A stretch of DNA of 64,000 nt from positions 28,623,821 through 28,687,820 of the forward strand of contig NC_068984.1 in NCBI RefSeq assembly GCF_001194135.2, written 5' to 3'. Position numbers and translations under genes: made by a program. Of this stretch, positions 11,414-24,534 are shown piece after piece (within the stretch, counting starts at the first letter, position 1; every line of letters begins with the position of its first letter). Below the pieces are notes generated by a model that searched no databases, was not told where the DNA came from, and saw only the letters and a list, made by a program, of their open reading frames with translations. This stretch comes from Octopus bimaculoides. Lineage: Eukaryota.

Positions 11414-12572
11414 NNNNNNNNNNNNNNNNNNNNNNNNNNNNNNNNNNNNNNNNNNNNNNNNNNNNNNNNNNNNNNNNNNNNNNNNNNNNNNNNNNNNNNN
11501 NNNNNNNNNNNNNNNNNNNNNNNNNNNNNNNNNNNNNNNNNNNNNNNNNNNNNNNNNNNNNNNNNNNNNNNNNNNNNNNNNNNNNNNNNNNNNNNNNNNN
11601 NNNNNNNNNNNNNNNNNNNNNNNNNNNNNNNNNNNNNNNNNNNNNNNNNNNNNNNNNNNNNNNNNNNNNNNNNNNNNNNNNNNNNNNNNNNNNNNNNNNN
11701 NNNNNNNNNNNNNNNNNNNNNNNNNNNNNNNNNNNNNNNNNNNNNNNNNNNNNNNNNNNNNNNNNNNNNNNNNNNNNNNNNNNNNNNNNNNNNNNNNNNN
11801 NNNNNNNNNNNNNNNNNNNNNNNNNNNNNNNNNNNNNNNNNNNNNNNNNNNNNNNNNNNNNNNNNNNNNNNNNNNNNNNNNNNNNNNNNNNNNNNNNNNN
11901 NNNNNNNNNNNNNNNNNNNNNNNNNNNNNNNNNNNNNNNNNNNNNNNNNNNNNNNNNNNNNNNNNNNNNNNNNNNNNNNNNNNNNNNNNNNNNNNNNNNN
12001 NNNNNNNNNNNNNNNNNNNNNNNNNNNNNNNNNNNNNNNNNNNNNNNATGAAAACGGATGAATTAACAAAAACATGCATTTAAAAATTTTACAATGGAAT
12101 AGAATTATAGTCGGATGATGCGACAGACCGGAAGACATTACGGATGGAGTGGTAAGGCGGGTTTAGCACGGACCCCTCGTGCCCCGCCTCGCCACTCATA
12201 GCTGAGATGAGTCCTTCATCTCATTCATGTAGTTACATTTATTCGCAACTTTCGTGCTACACTCTTCCATCGACTCTCAAACATTTTCGCAGTCAGGCAT
12301 TTTCTCTCTAGCTCTACTTTCCTTTTGAGGTGAAAGGTGAAATAATTCACCAGTGCAGAGCTAGATATGAAAATGATTGACCTACAACTGACTTATTGTT
12401 GTAGCAAGAGATCTGACACATAAAATCAGGTAGAAAAGTAAGTGAAATGTTGTCTCACACAACCAAGCCAAGCAACACTCAACCCTTTAAGAAAGGTATT
12501 TTTACATGAATGATGAGATGCAATAGGTATCAAGTCAGTCACACAACACACACATACACATACATACACAAT

Positions 12573-12610
<38 letters not shown>

Positions 12611-13067
12611 AAAAAAAATAATAACAAGCTAAAACTGATGCCAAATGTTGAAATTTGTGAAATCAATGGCAGTAGCTATCTCCCTTCCTGGAATTAATAA
12701 CCCTAATGCGTGAACCACATGGTCTGTTTTAACTAACGGAACAGTGATCTCTCCAATGCCGTCTTATACATTAGCCAGTTTTTCATCTGAGCAGCAATGT
12801 TATTTCACAGATTAAATATTTGTGAAACATGAATGTGAGTAGAAGAGATCAACTAAATATAAGCACACACGCACATATATACATGCATGCACAACTGGTG
12901 TAAAAAGGACCCTATAAACTTCCATAGTCAAATCATTGAACAACTCTGATTGTATATGAACTTATCTGATGTACACTGTGGAGGAATGACCAGATAGTAA
13001 ATCTGGCTATATGTAAAAAAATAAAGTTATAAGTGGACCCAATGCAGGAAGAAGCTATTGCAACCTA

Positions 13068-13125
13068 CATATTTTCAATGGCCATTTCACCTGTATACAC
13101 AGGTGAAATGGCCATTGAAAATATG
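13068..13125. repeat. Perfect 27-bp inverted repeat with a 4-nt loop
   Basis: catattttcaatggccatttcacctgt (13068-13094), atac, acaggtgaaatggccattgaaaatatg (13099-13125). Confidence 0.95.
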
Positions 13126-13974
13126 AAGGCAGAAAAGCAACCAGACAATCAGAAATAGTCATGGAGATGCCATAGTATTACATATTGAATACATCACTTT
13201 TCAAATTATAGCTAAAGGAAATGGCAAAGTAATTTGATTAATGAAAATGTTCTTGCACTACAATTTTCTAAATTGGCAATAAACCAGATATATGTTAAAT
13301 GGGGCATTGAAAAATGTGTAGAATATTACATGAAGTATGTTACAAAATTTAACAAAAGTTATTTTCTAATTGGTAGTGTTTTTTTTCTTCATGACAAATA
13401 TTTGTATCAGTTATTTATTGCATAAAGATTCAGTATAGTCTGAGATATAATTTACATACATCCACTTGTATGAATGTGAGTGGTTGTATTTTGTGTTGCA
13501 ATTACAGGTTATCTTTCTGAAGTTTGACAATGAAATTGAAAAGGCAAGCAATATTAAATAAAAGTTTGATAATAAAAACAGCATAAAGAAAATGGAATTA
13601 GCCTCATTCTGTAATCTAAACTGAGATGTTAAGAAGACTGGCAAAATGCAAAACAACGAGAGGTAAAAAAAAAAGGCTTGTAATGAGATAAACTTAAGAT
13701 TATCTAAGCCAGATTTTCTCAAGCTGAGTTCTGAGCTCATCTGATTTTTAAGCAAGCATGTGAATCTTTTGCTGCACATTATGCTAAATCTAGCAGCTAG
13801 CATTGCTTAAAAATCTGAATTAATATTAAAAATATTTGGAAGGTACTAGATTTCTGACACGTAGTATGAACTGTTATAATTTCTGAAAGATTTCAAACAA
13901 AATTTTATATTCATGTTATGGTAATGTGGTTGAAAACATCTCACCAAATGTGTTGAACACTCTGCTCTATTTAA

Positions 13975-14920
13975 CCCTTTGGTGTTCAGATTAATCTGTC
14001 AAATGTAATGCTTATTTGTTCACGTTATTTTGAATTATTCAAGTTCAAGAGGAGTGTCTACAATATTTGCTTGTAACTTTGTTCATTTTTTAGATACAGA
14101 TTTTAAATTTTGTCAGTGGGTGCTTATATACCAGTGGTTTTTAGTTATATAATTATAGTTGATCTTTCTGATTAAATTTGACCCAATAACATTATGGATA
14201 AACACTAAAATTGAAATCCTTAAAGCATCTTACCTGTTTGATTTGTTACTAAAATTATCCCAAATGTCAATCACCAATGATTTTGACACTTTTCAAGATG
14301 AAGTACATTAATTTGAATTAATTAAAATACTAGTATAATTGGTACAAGATTTTATTCTTTATAATTCATGCAAGAGTTTTCATTGAAAATAAAGCACAAA
14401 ACTTGTTTTAATAGTCAATATACCATTGGCTATGTACTCTTATACAATTTAATGAATACATTTACATGACAGAATTCATCTAATAAAAAAAGTTGATTAA
14501 CAGGTGAGACAAAGGTGAATACAGGTGTGTAACATACTGAAGTTTCATAAGTATCAATATCAGATTTGTCCAAAAACAAATCACTGTTGTTTTTGTTTAT
14601 ATTTTGTACATCATCAAGAGTAAAACCTTCAAATTTGGAATCGCTACTTGCTGACGCCATATTAATAACTAAGATGTACACTTTTCTTCAAATGTTGAAA
14701 AAACCCCCAAAAGTCTAAAAAACTTCACAGTATTTTTACTTGAATAAAGGTGGGAAAGGCTTTGTCTCGCATTATCTTAAAGCTACGAGAATTCAATAAT
14801 GTGATTTGTTTATTTTTTAGCAATTTCATAGAGGTATCAGATACGACTGGATTTGGCTGGTACGAACAAATAAAGGGCAATCATTTTCAGCTGGTTTTGG
14901 CTGGTCTGAACACTAAGGGG
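13975..14920 (-). mobile_element. Internally deleted piggyBac element
   Basis: TTAA at 13971-74 and 14921-24. TIRs ccctttggtgttcaga / tctgaacactaagggg (16 bp, 2 mismatches). An acidic N-terminal remnant MASASSDSKFEGFTLDDV...SDID starts at 14660 on the minus strand and resembles piggyBac transposase N-termini. No catalytic domain is seen. Confidence 0.8.
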
Positions 14921-15532
14921 TTAAAGAATCTCTGAAAATTTCAGACTTTAAAATGAAACTAAAAACCTACTTTTTCTTTGAAGCTTTCTGCCTATTATTT
15001 TGTAAATCTGTTATATGTTCTTAACTTTTTCTGATATTGTACAATACTTTGGATCACATAGATCGCATAGATAGCTTTTTACAATTACCAACACTCTTCA
15101 CCATTAAACACTATATTGACAAACCTATTAAGATATCACAGTCAACAAGAACTTTTGAGAAAAGGAGCTGTAATAGCTTCTTCAAATAACAAATGGGATA
15201 AATCTGACCACCAGTTAAATAAACATCGTATGCAAAGAACTCATTTTTGTGAGAACCAAACCACAAATCTCTGCTAAAGATCTGTTAGCTTCATATTTAC
15301 TAAGGCGTGACGTTAAAAAACTGAAAAATGACAAACTTTTTCTACTTAAAAATTTATTTTAATAAATTTCCATATTAAGCCAAACTCTCAGATATAATTG
15401 TTATAAGAATAAGTCTTACCATTCTGAAATTTNNNNNNNNNNNNNNNNNNNNNNNNNNNNNNNNNNNNNNNNNNNNNNNNNNNNNNNNNNNNNNNNNNNN
15501 NNNNNNNNNNNNNNNNNNNNNNNNNNNNNNNN

Positions 15533-16458
15533 TGGGTTTTTGTTTTTTTTTCCCCAGATTATTTCAAATACTTCCAACGTTTATGACATCGAAATAATAT
15601 GGAAATGGCTCCCTTCCCCCAGAAAAGGAAAGATTTGCCTGCTATTTCTAGCACTCCCTACTATCACATGTCAGATATTTGTGATAAAGGACATGCCAAT
15701 ATTTCGCAGTGAAGTAATTTTTTGACCCCTCCCCCACTTACTTTTCTGGAAAAAAAGTGGCTTGCGGCAGGTTTGGCGGTCAGTTATGTTGAATGTACTC
15801 AGGAACAACTGTGGATAAAATTAATTCACACCAAGGTACGAATGGGTCCTTTACAAAATATTTACCCATGATTATTTACTAATACACAAATACACTGGCA
15901 CAGAAGATTGTGAGCAATGAAAGTAGCTGTAATCATTACAAGATGGTTATTTACTAATACACAAATACACTGGTACATCATTTTTGCTTGACCTTTCAAC
16001 CGTTCTAACATTTTGTTTATGTGTTGGTGTACACCAATACAGTGGCATAGAAGACTGTACACAATGAAAGTAGCTGTAATAATTTTTTTGGTATCAGACA
16101 TCGTTACAATGGTAAATGCTAGAGAGAATGATAGAGATTCGTTGTCATCGTGGTAAAAATGTCCCTTACTATCTTGTACACAACGAACACACAAACACAC
16201 ACACTCAGACACATACACACTCATACACAAAATGTAAAGTCGTCGTAATGGTATATAATGTCCATATAGTTGTCTATATATAGTTGACTATAGAAAGATT
16301 ATTTTCGAGAAAATATTTATATTGTTTCAATCCAAATGAAAATAAAAATTACATGTTGACACTTGTGGGATGTAATACTATTACCTTGTGAAATTTAATT
16401 TGATTTGGTGGAGCCGTTTGAGAATACATGGGGAACAGACAGACAGAGACAAAGAATT

Positions 16459-16495
<37 letters not shown>
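15533..16495 (-). mobile_element. Probable non-autonomous Helitron/Helentron-associated (DINE-1/HINE-like) element; one end probably in gap 15433-15532
   Basis: The terminus gtgaaatttaatttgatttggtggagccgtttgag...(gaca)n...(ta)nga gives minus-strand TCTATATATA. There are internal sub-repeats: ttatttactaatacacaaatacactgg twice and aatgaaagtagctgtaat twice. The other end is not visible. Confidence 0.45.

Positions 16496-16530
<35 letters not shown>
16463..16530. repeat. Compound (TA)n(GA)n microsatellite
   Basis: Directly visible. Similar (TA)n, (CA)n and (GA)n tracts occur at 12540-12608, 17130-17180, 29338-29390, 35259-35300, 41990-42065, 42725-42800, 48230-48285 and 57270-57645. Confidence 0.95.
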
Positions 16531-16536
<6 letters not shown>

Positions 16537-17128
16537 ATCATTTTAGATCCTGGTAGGGTATTTCCAGAACAGCACCCAGCCTGAGTTCTGGGCTAGCAAC
16601 ACTGACAGATTCCAGACTAATACTGAAATTCTTCAAGTGTAGAAAATCCTGGTTTCATGATGGTAAAACTTTTGTGTGGGTGTAGTGAAAAGTAAACTAT
16701 AATGCAAATAAAAAGACAAAGAAATCCATTAAAAACATCTTTAATGATTTGTTACAAATGTTTCTGTATTAGCTCTGCTTGCAACATCTGTTTACATGAT
16801 ATTTGAAGTGAACGTTTACGTAATATTTGCGGTTTTCAACATTGGAGCAGCACTCCACCAAACTTGCATCAAAATTATTTTTCCCCGAACCATACTTTTG
16901 TTTACTTTTTGTATCCTCTCAATGTAAGCAAAAAGACAATGTCTGGAAGACACACACTGTAAGATGCAAGTCTCATGAAATGCCATTCTAATGTCTAGAA
17001 CTGTAGATATTATGTAAATTTTCACTTCAAATATTACGTAAACTGATGATGCAAACAGAGATGGAGCAGAAACAAATGTAACAAATCATTAAAGATATGT
17101 TAAAGTATTTCTTTGTATTATTATTTAG

Positions 17129-17182
<54 letters not shown>

Positions 17183-18609
17183 GAAAACACACAAAAACAC
17201 ATATACATACACTAGCACACATGTACACACTCACAGTTAGTTGTCTAAGAATTCTAAACCAGAAAAAACAGGCACTCATATATTCGACAATAGAGTGGGT
17301 TTATTAATATCTATGCAGTGCAGTATTATAGATCCATTTTAGCTAATTTTATCAATAGGCTTAGCTATACTCTTCCTACCAGCCCATCTGACGAGTGCTG
17401 GGATAAGGATTTTTGTCAAACTTTCATCATGCGCAAAACTGAATGGTAAAATCAGTTGAAATGGATCTATATTAATAGAGAGAGAGAGAGAGGAGAATAG
17501 GATTTATATTTCTAAACCAGTATAATCATCTGTCTTGCATTCAACTGCTGTGTTTAATGCCCAGTTGCTTTCTTGATTCAGTGTCACTTAACACATCTTG
17601 CAAGTTAACATAACATATCCAATGAATCAAACTCGATTTATTCCTCTTCAACTGCTGTAACACATCTAAATTCACTGATTCACAACATGGCATTTTGCAC
17701 AAATGCCTGAAAGAAATATATATAAACATATGTTTGTATGTATTGTTAGGAGATGGATATTTGAGGTATAATGTGAGTTTTTTCAAGTACTTATCTTATC
17801 CTAAATCACATAAAAGAAACCATACATTTCATGGTTTGGAAAAGAAGTTAATTTTAAGTTAATAATTCCATGATGAGTTGACCAAGTAATTTTTTTTAAG
17901 AGGAGAGAACCTCTGCTTCCCAAACAATGTTACTCATGTGTTTCGTTGTATTTGCAATAATGTAAATATGAAAAGCTCTTCATGAAATCAATTTATTATA
18001 CAGTTGAAATATGTTTCATAAAAGAAACTAAACTATAGCTGTATTGCTTTAAAAATATTTTATCTTTAAATTAGTAAACTGTACTATACTCCATGGAGAA
18101 CTGTATGAGTCTGCAATCAGATTGAAGACAGGTCTACGAGTTAGATTGATTGATAGGTTTAAGATTAGATAGAATGCTATTGAACAATTTCCTTTATTTA
18201 AATAAAAGAAATTAAGTTGCAAGCCATTGATTTTTTCTGCTATATTTTTTTCTATTTGATGTACAAGATAAAAATAAGTAACTTGTTTTTTAAGATTTAA
18301 ATTTCCAGTAGTTTTACTAATTTAATATATCAAGTCTTTTTTTTTTTTCATTATATTTTCCTTCCTTTTTGCTTGCATCAGATCTGTTTGACAAGTGAAA
18401 GTGGACAGCTGAGTTGACACAATTCCTGGCAACTGACTGAAGGCCATAAGTTCACATCTTTTTCCCCTCACACATAACTTTAATATGACTAAAAAACATA
18501 CCTCTTAATTGTCTGGTGTACTGAGTTGTAATTCTACAGGAACAACTCATAGATTTTAAATATTTATTGAATATGTAAACATACCTTTGGCTTTCGGTAC
18601 ACCCATATA

Positions 18610-19010
18610 TTTTACTTGCTTCTCAATTACGTTGTTTCAGATTCATTCCCACAGTGTGACACTTTGAACAAGTGTTTTCGTTTATAGTCACAGGCTGACT
18701 AAAGCCTTGTGAGTGAATTTAGAAGACAGAAACTGAAAGCAACTTACCACACATACACATGTGTGTGAGTTTATGTTGGTGTTTCCTTATCTTGACATCA
18801 CATGATAGTTGTAAGCAAGTGTCACTGTCACACAAATAGTGTACATTATTTCCTTCCAATCCTCAATGAAAACATGTCCAGCCAAGGGGTAATGTTACCT
18901 TACTTGGAAGCATGTGAGGGTTGGTGACAGAAAGAGCATTTAGCCATAAAAAATCTTCCTCAGTAAATTCAATTTTAACCTGTGCAAGCATAAAAAGTGG
19001 ATATTAAAAT
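18610..19010 (+). mobile_element. Decayed SINE family B copy
   Basis: Central aaagccttgtgagtgaatttagaagacagaaactgaaag and tail ggttggtgacagaaagagcatttagcc...gcataaaaagtggatattaaaatg. Confidence 0.65.
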
Positions 19011-21215
19011 GTCCACTTCTATCATGAAGAGTTTATATTTGTTTATATTAGTAGATATCATTTAATTTTGTGCAACTTGCAACAAAGGAGACATTTACTG
19101 AGTACCCTTATCAGTCCCCCAACATCACACACCACTCTTATCACTTACCACTGTCTTTCATGCCTTTCTGTCTGTAAAGAGGTTGGTGAGGGAGCAACGA
19201 TGTGGGGTTGTGAGGTGCCATTAGTCACGTCAAGAACACACCTACTGCTCAATTGCTGCTGCCATGAAAAACATATCCAGCACACTCTTTATAGTTGTTG
19301 GTGTTAAAGAAGGGAATGCAGCCATAGAAACAAATCCAAGAACAAAATATATAAGCAGGGCATGGTCTTCTGTCTCCAAAGATTGCTGACTATATCTGTA
19401 GCAATCTATTCAATTCATACCATCTTGGAAAGAAGACAGATAATGGTTATGACACATGCACACACGTGTGAGAGTGATGCAGTATGTAATAAAGAATAAT
19501 TTGCAAACCGTATGAAATGAATTTGTTTTGCAATCCCTTATCTGTTGATGGTACGCTTGTCATTACACGAGAAACTGCATTATTAATTAACTTTAGGGCT
19601 AAAAGCTATTTGGAATTTACTCAAAAGACTTACACTTTAATCTTTAGCCATTGCCTTGAATGAAAAATCTGCAAATTGGTATTCTAGTCTGATGCACAAA
19701 CTCATCACATTTTCTTGAGAATTGGGATATAATTATGAGTCCTAGCACTTTTCACAACAACATATCTAAAACACTCCAACTTGTCTTGTTTTTTAAGGCT
19801 GCATATAAATTTCTTGTGGCATTTGTTTCTTTCAGCATATTTTAGCTTAATATTGCAAAAGAGAAGGTGTTAATTTATCTAAATAGTTTACATGTTCTCT
19901 CTCCATGCCCCATACTACTTGAAGTAACTGCAAACTTAGAATGTAGAAAAAAATAAATTGAAATATAACAAGGATAAACAAAGAAAAATAAGAAAAAAAA
20001 GGACTTGAATTTGAGATGTAGAAAATAAAATGTGAGAGAGAAAAAAAATCACTTCATTTTATTTTTAACAGAACATTCGCACACAATTATGAAACTCCCC
20101 CATGCACAGATACAAAAATACACAAACCAAACATCTTATATGTGTGTGTGTGTGTGTGTGCTCAGCATACCTATTTATTTAGATCACTAGTGAACTAAAC
20201 CCCTTATTTTATATATATATATATATATAGGCAGAGAGAGAGAGAGAGAGATGTGCATGTGTGTATCTATGTGTGTGTGTATATATATATTACACATAAG
20301 CACATGCATACACACAGACAGGAAGAGAAGACACATGATATTAAATCTTGAACTTGTGCCAAAATGATAGAACCAAGGGCTTTATAAAAAGAATGAAAAT
20401 TCTACTGAGACAACTGTCAGAGATAATCATAAAATTCTTTTGTTCTAATAGCATTGTGGCACTGGTTTAAAATAATAGACATTCAAATTTCAATAAATTC
20501 AAAAAAAAGTGAAGAAAAATAATAATTCAGGACTTCATTAAAATGTGACTAATTCCATAAATTTTATGTTCGTGTAATTCATTTTTTCTTTTTTTTTTCC
20601 TTTTTTACATTTTCCTGAATAGAATTTTAATTTTAACTCAATTGTTTCTTATTTTAACTTTCTTTGTATTTTGTTTTTTCACCTCTGAAGAAAATATTTG
20701 TGAATGATTAAGACTTCACTAAATGGAGAATCATGAGGAAATTGCATGAAACACTTTGTTATTATGTTTTTTTTTTCCATGTAACACTGCTATTGCTACT
20801 GCTTTATCCAATTTTACCCTTCTATCAGTGTTGACATGAAGGTTTGAAGAAATCTCTAATCATGGTTTTCCAATATGAAATTATATTACAAAATATCACT
20901 CCCTCTCTCTGACTTCTCTCATCCTTTATTTGAGAAGTTGTTTGTGAGTATCTGAAAATGTCTATTGCAGTATGTATGTCTGTATGTTTGAGAATTAGAA
21001 TGAATATATAGGTGTATGCTTATGTCTGTATATTGCCTATAGTCTTGTAATTTATTTTTTAAGTCAACATAGTTTCAGGCATGCTAATGCAATACCTTCA
21101 GCAGTTTCTATTTCATGTTGTTTGTGGTGTCCCTCCTCATTCCCAAGATCAAGTTACATTCTGTTTAGTCATTACTGATGCTAGGTTAGTGACTTTGCAG
21201 AAACTGATGTACCTT

Positions 21216-21446
21216 GGTGGTGAGCTGGCAGAAACGTTAGTACGCCGGGCGAAATGCTTAGCGGTATTTCATCTGCTGCTATGTTCTGAGTTCAAATTCC
21301 GCTGAGGTCGACTTTGCCTTTCATCCTTTCGGGGTAGATAAATTAAGTACCAGTTACACACTAGGGTTGATGTAATCGACTTAATCCCTTTGTCTGTCCT
21401 TGTTTATCCCCTCTGTGTTTAGCCCCTTGTGGGCAATAATGAAATA
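21216..21446 (+). mobile_element. SINE family A, near full length
   Basis: ggtggtgagctggcagaaacgttag...gagttcaaattcc...gataaattaagtaccag. An 11-bp repeat agaaactgatg at 21199 and 21447 is a probable TSD remnant. Confidence 0.85.
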
Positions 21447-23880
21447 AGAAACTGATGCATATTACCTTCTTTCATTTTATTTGAGGAACAAATGATCAGT
21501 TCACCCAAGTATTTATTAAATATTTCAGTGAAATCTTTGGTTAAATCAGTTACAGTATTCAGTATGCAGTTAAATAATTCTAGGAGTGGATGGGATCCTC
21601 CATAATAGTTTACAGTATGCCTGCATGTATAGAAGAACACTGGGAGTATACTTCTGTAAATGTATCAAAAAAAAAAAAAAAAAGGAGTGACACAACAGTG
21701 TATTAACAGGTCCATATGAATTCATATGACATTTTGCCTCACTGACAGACAACCAGACAAAGTCTTGACAGTTGTATCTCCTTTCAAGTGTTACATTGCA
21801 ACCATACTCAAAGTACATGGCAGAGTCTACTTAGCTACAAGTATGTTTAAGGATGGTAATATAATCAGCTACAGAAAACAGGGAGAACATGTTGCAATCA
21901 ACAAGTATATTGACTACCTTGCAATACTGAGTTCAATTCCTCTGACATGAAAAGGTGTCAATGATAGATCAACATGCTCTTCAAAGATATATATATATCT
22001 TTCATCTTGTCAGGACAATGAAAACCCTAAAACATGCACTCATCTTATAAAGCTTTGTAACTCAGAACAAGCATACACTTATATCATTAACATGAAACTT
22101 TAGTTTTTAATAACACTAGCTTGGAGTTAAAAGATACTACAGCTTATTGTTTTAGGATGTAAACATGAACATATACTACAAGGATAAATATTCATTTATG
22201 AGAATATGTATCTACTGGCAGTTAGAAATTAGAAATTTTAAGGAAAAATAGATACTATGTTATATAAATATGAAGTTTTATACTTTGAGACATCATAATT
22301 ATGAAGGTAAATTAGTGTATAATAGACACAAGTACAGATGTAGCTACAACTGAAAAATGTTTGTATGAGATTAAAAGTTGCCAGATTGGTACTGGATAAG
22401 GCTCCCTTTTATTTTTATAATATGCAAGCAGTATGTACACAGCATTGCTTAGGTAAGAATATAATCAGAAAATTATATAAAGTCAATAATAAAAATCATC
22501 AAAGTTAATCTATAAAGTAGGTTCACTATATTCTTCGTTTATGCTTGTATTTGAATATATACTCAACAGTGTGCACCTATAAAAGGTTAAGAGGGAAAAT
22601 TGTAATAAAATAACGAAGGTAGAGAAATATAAAACTTGTGAATAAAATATGAAATTCTTTACCCACACAACAGGTGTATCAATTTGTAGGGTCACCATAC
22701 AAATCAGAGTAACATGAATGGTTGCATGTATGAATAACTATAGCTACAAATTTCATTGTATTTAAGTATTTTTAATTAGTTACATTTTGGGATTTTTTAA
22801 TTTTTGAACACAAAAGCCAGTTTTACTTGGACATAAAACTTGATTTCAAACAGTCTGCTAAGTTTATCTCTTGCAGTCAGTGGACAATGATTGTAAACTC
22901 CAGACAAACAATGTCTGGTTGAAGCCATTCAAACTCTCCTTGTTCTGTGAAAACAATAAAAAAATGAATGTCATAACTCTAATTTATCTCTTCTTGAAAA
23001 TGGCATTAAGTAAGCACTCTAATTTATTATCTTTGGTAATATCAATATCTGGAAAATATTCCTCTATTTAAGAAAAATTTCATAGTGGCTGGTCACAGAT
23101 ATTTTAGACTCATGGACAATCCAGATTGGTATAGCCTTCCCAGTATAAACTAAAAGATTTGAATGTTGATGTAAAAATTATAGGTTATTTGCAAGACAAA
23201 TATTGAGCTAGAAGCCTTACGAATTTTTTTATCATGATTGGAATATTTTTGCAAGCCAGGTAAAATATCTACAAAAGTTTGTGTTGCTACTGAATTTCAA
23301 AATTAACATTCAAAGAAAGGTATTATATGGTATCAGCTTAAATAATTTTCAAACAACAGGGAATTTGTGATGAAATGATGCATTTTAATAATGTAATATT
23401 CAACATTTTCTGTAAAGATGTATAAAAATTTATATTGAATCTGAATCAGTTTTTGAAAGCCAGATAAAATCTATCAGTTTGTACAATAACTTCACAATAT
23501 TTTTGCTTAATTTTTCAATGCGCAATTTATTTTTCACTTCACCTGAAGATGCCACAAGCATTTCTTTTGAATAAAATGTTAACCATTAAGCTTTCAATTT
23601 AAGAAGAAAAAATTTTTTAAATGGTATTAACTATTTTATTTCAAAAGGAATGAATTTAAATTAATCTTACGTGAAATTACAATCGTTCTTATTTTAGTGG
23701 AAGTCTATTTCCAGTTTCAGAATATATATATATATATTTAAAAGAAGATAATCAGCATGATGGAAAAATGACTGCTGAAGGCTTTATATTCAAGTGTATA
23801 GACATGAGCAAGTCATATTCTAAAACCAACACCTATCTTTAATTTTGAAAAAAATATTTTACAATGGCAACAATAATAAT

Positions 23881-24090
23881 CCTTTCTATTATAGGCACAA
23901 GGCCCGAAATTTTTGAGGAAAGGGGGAAGTCGATCACGTGGACCTCAGTACCTGACTGGTATTTAATTTGTCGACCTCGAAAGATGAAAAACAAAATTGA
24001 CCTCAGCGGAATTTGAACTCACAATGTAAAGACATGAAATGCTGCTAAGCATTTTGCCTGGCATGCTAACGATTCTGCCAGTCCACCACC
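23881..24090 (-). mobile_element. SINE family A
   Basis: Reverse-complement homologue of the 6724 and 21216 copies (gacctcagcggaatttgaactc...gattctgccag). Its head abuts (AAC)n. Confidence 0.8.
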
Positions 24091-24092
24091 TT

Positions 24093-24149
<57 letters not shown>

Positions 24150-24156
24150 AATAATA
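24091..24156. repeat. (AAC)n(AAT)n microsatellite
   Basis: A pure AAC run followed by AAT; it is the source of the poly-L ORF at 23963-24148. Confidence 0.95.
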
Positions 24157-24285
24157 AAGGATTTAAAGCACTTGAAAGATTATTGAAAGCTTTGGATACT
24201 TCAGGTTACAGGTAGTAACCCGCTACCCACATAAATTCAATCAGGAATAAGAATGAGCCTGAATCAAATCGCCAATAATAATAGT
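24157..24285 (+). mobile_element. Possible 3'-terminal fragment of an R4/Dong-like LINE flanked by (AAT)n
   Basis: (AAT)n on both sides. The weak translation GFKALERLLKALDTSGYR resembles the C-terminal GTAxILRxxL motif of R4 ORFs. Confidence 0.35.
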
Positions 24286-24480
24286 AATGCCTTCTACTAG
24301 AGGCATAAAACCTAAAACTCGATGGGAGGGATTTGTTGATTTCATCACCTCTAGGAATCGACTGGTATTTATTTTATTGACCTCAAAAGGATGGAAGGCA
24401 AAGTCAATCACAGTGGCATTTAAATTGCATTGCAGCATTTTGTCTGGTGTGTTAACAATTCTGCCAGCTTTCCACTTTAA
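24286..24480 (-). mobile_element. SINE family A (diverged)
   Basis: actggtatttattttattgacctcaaaaggatggaaggcaaagtc...aattctgccagc. Its head abuts (AAC)n. Confidence 0.7.
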
Positions 24481-24534
24481 TGATAACAACAACAACAACA
24501 ACAACAACAACAATAATAATTATTATTATTATTA

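Noticed and set aside
7610-12138. Long ORFs of 140-433 aa in the ORF track (also at 48141-48859 and 57190-57852)
   Set aside because: They consist mainly of X from N-gaps. Only the CCHC-containing part at 10778-11413 is real coding-like sequence.
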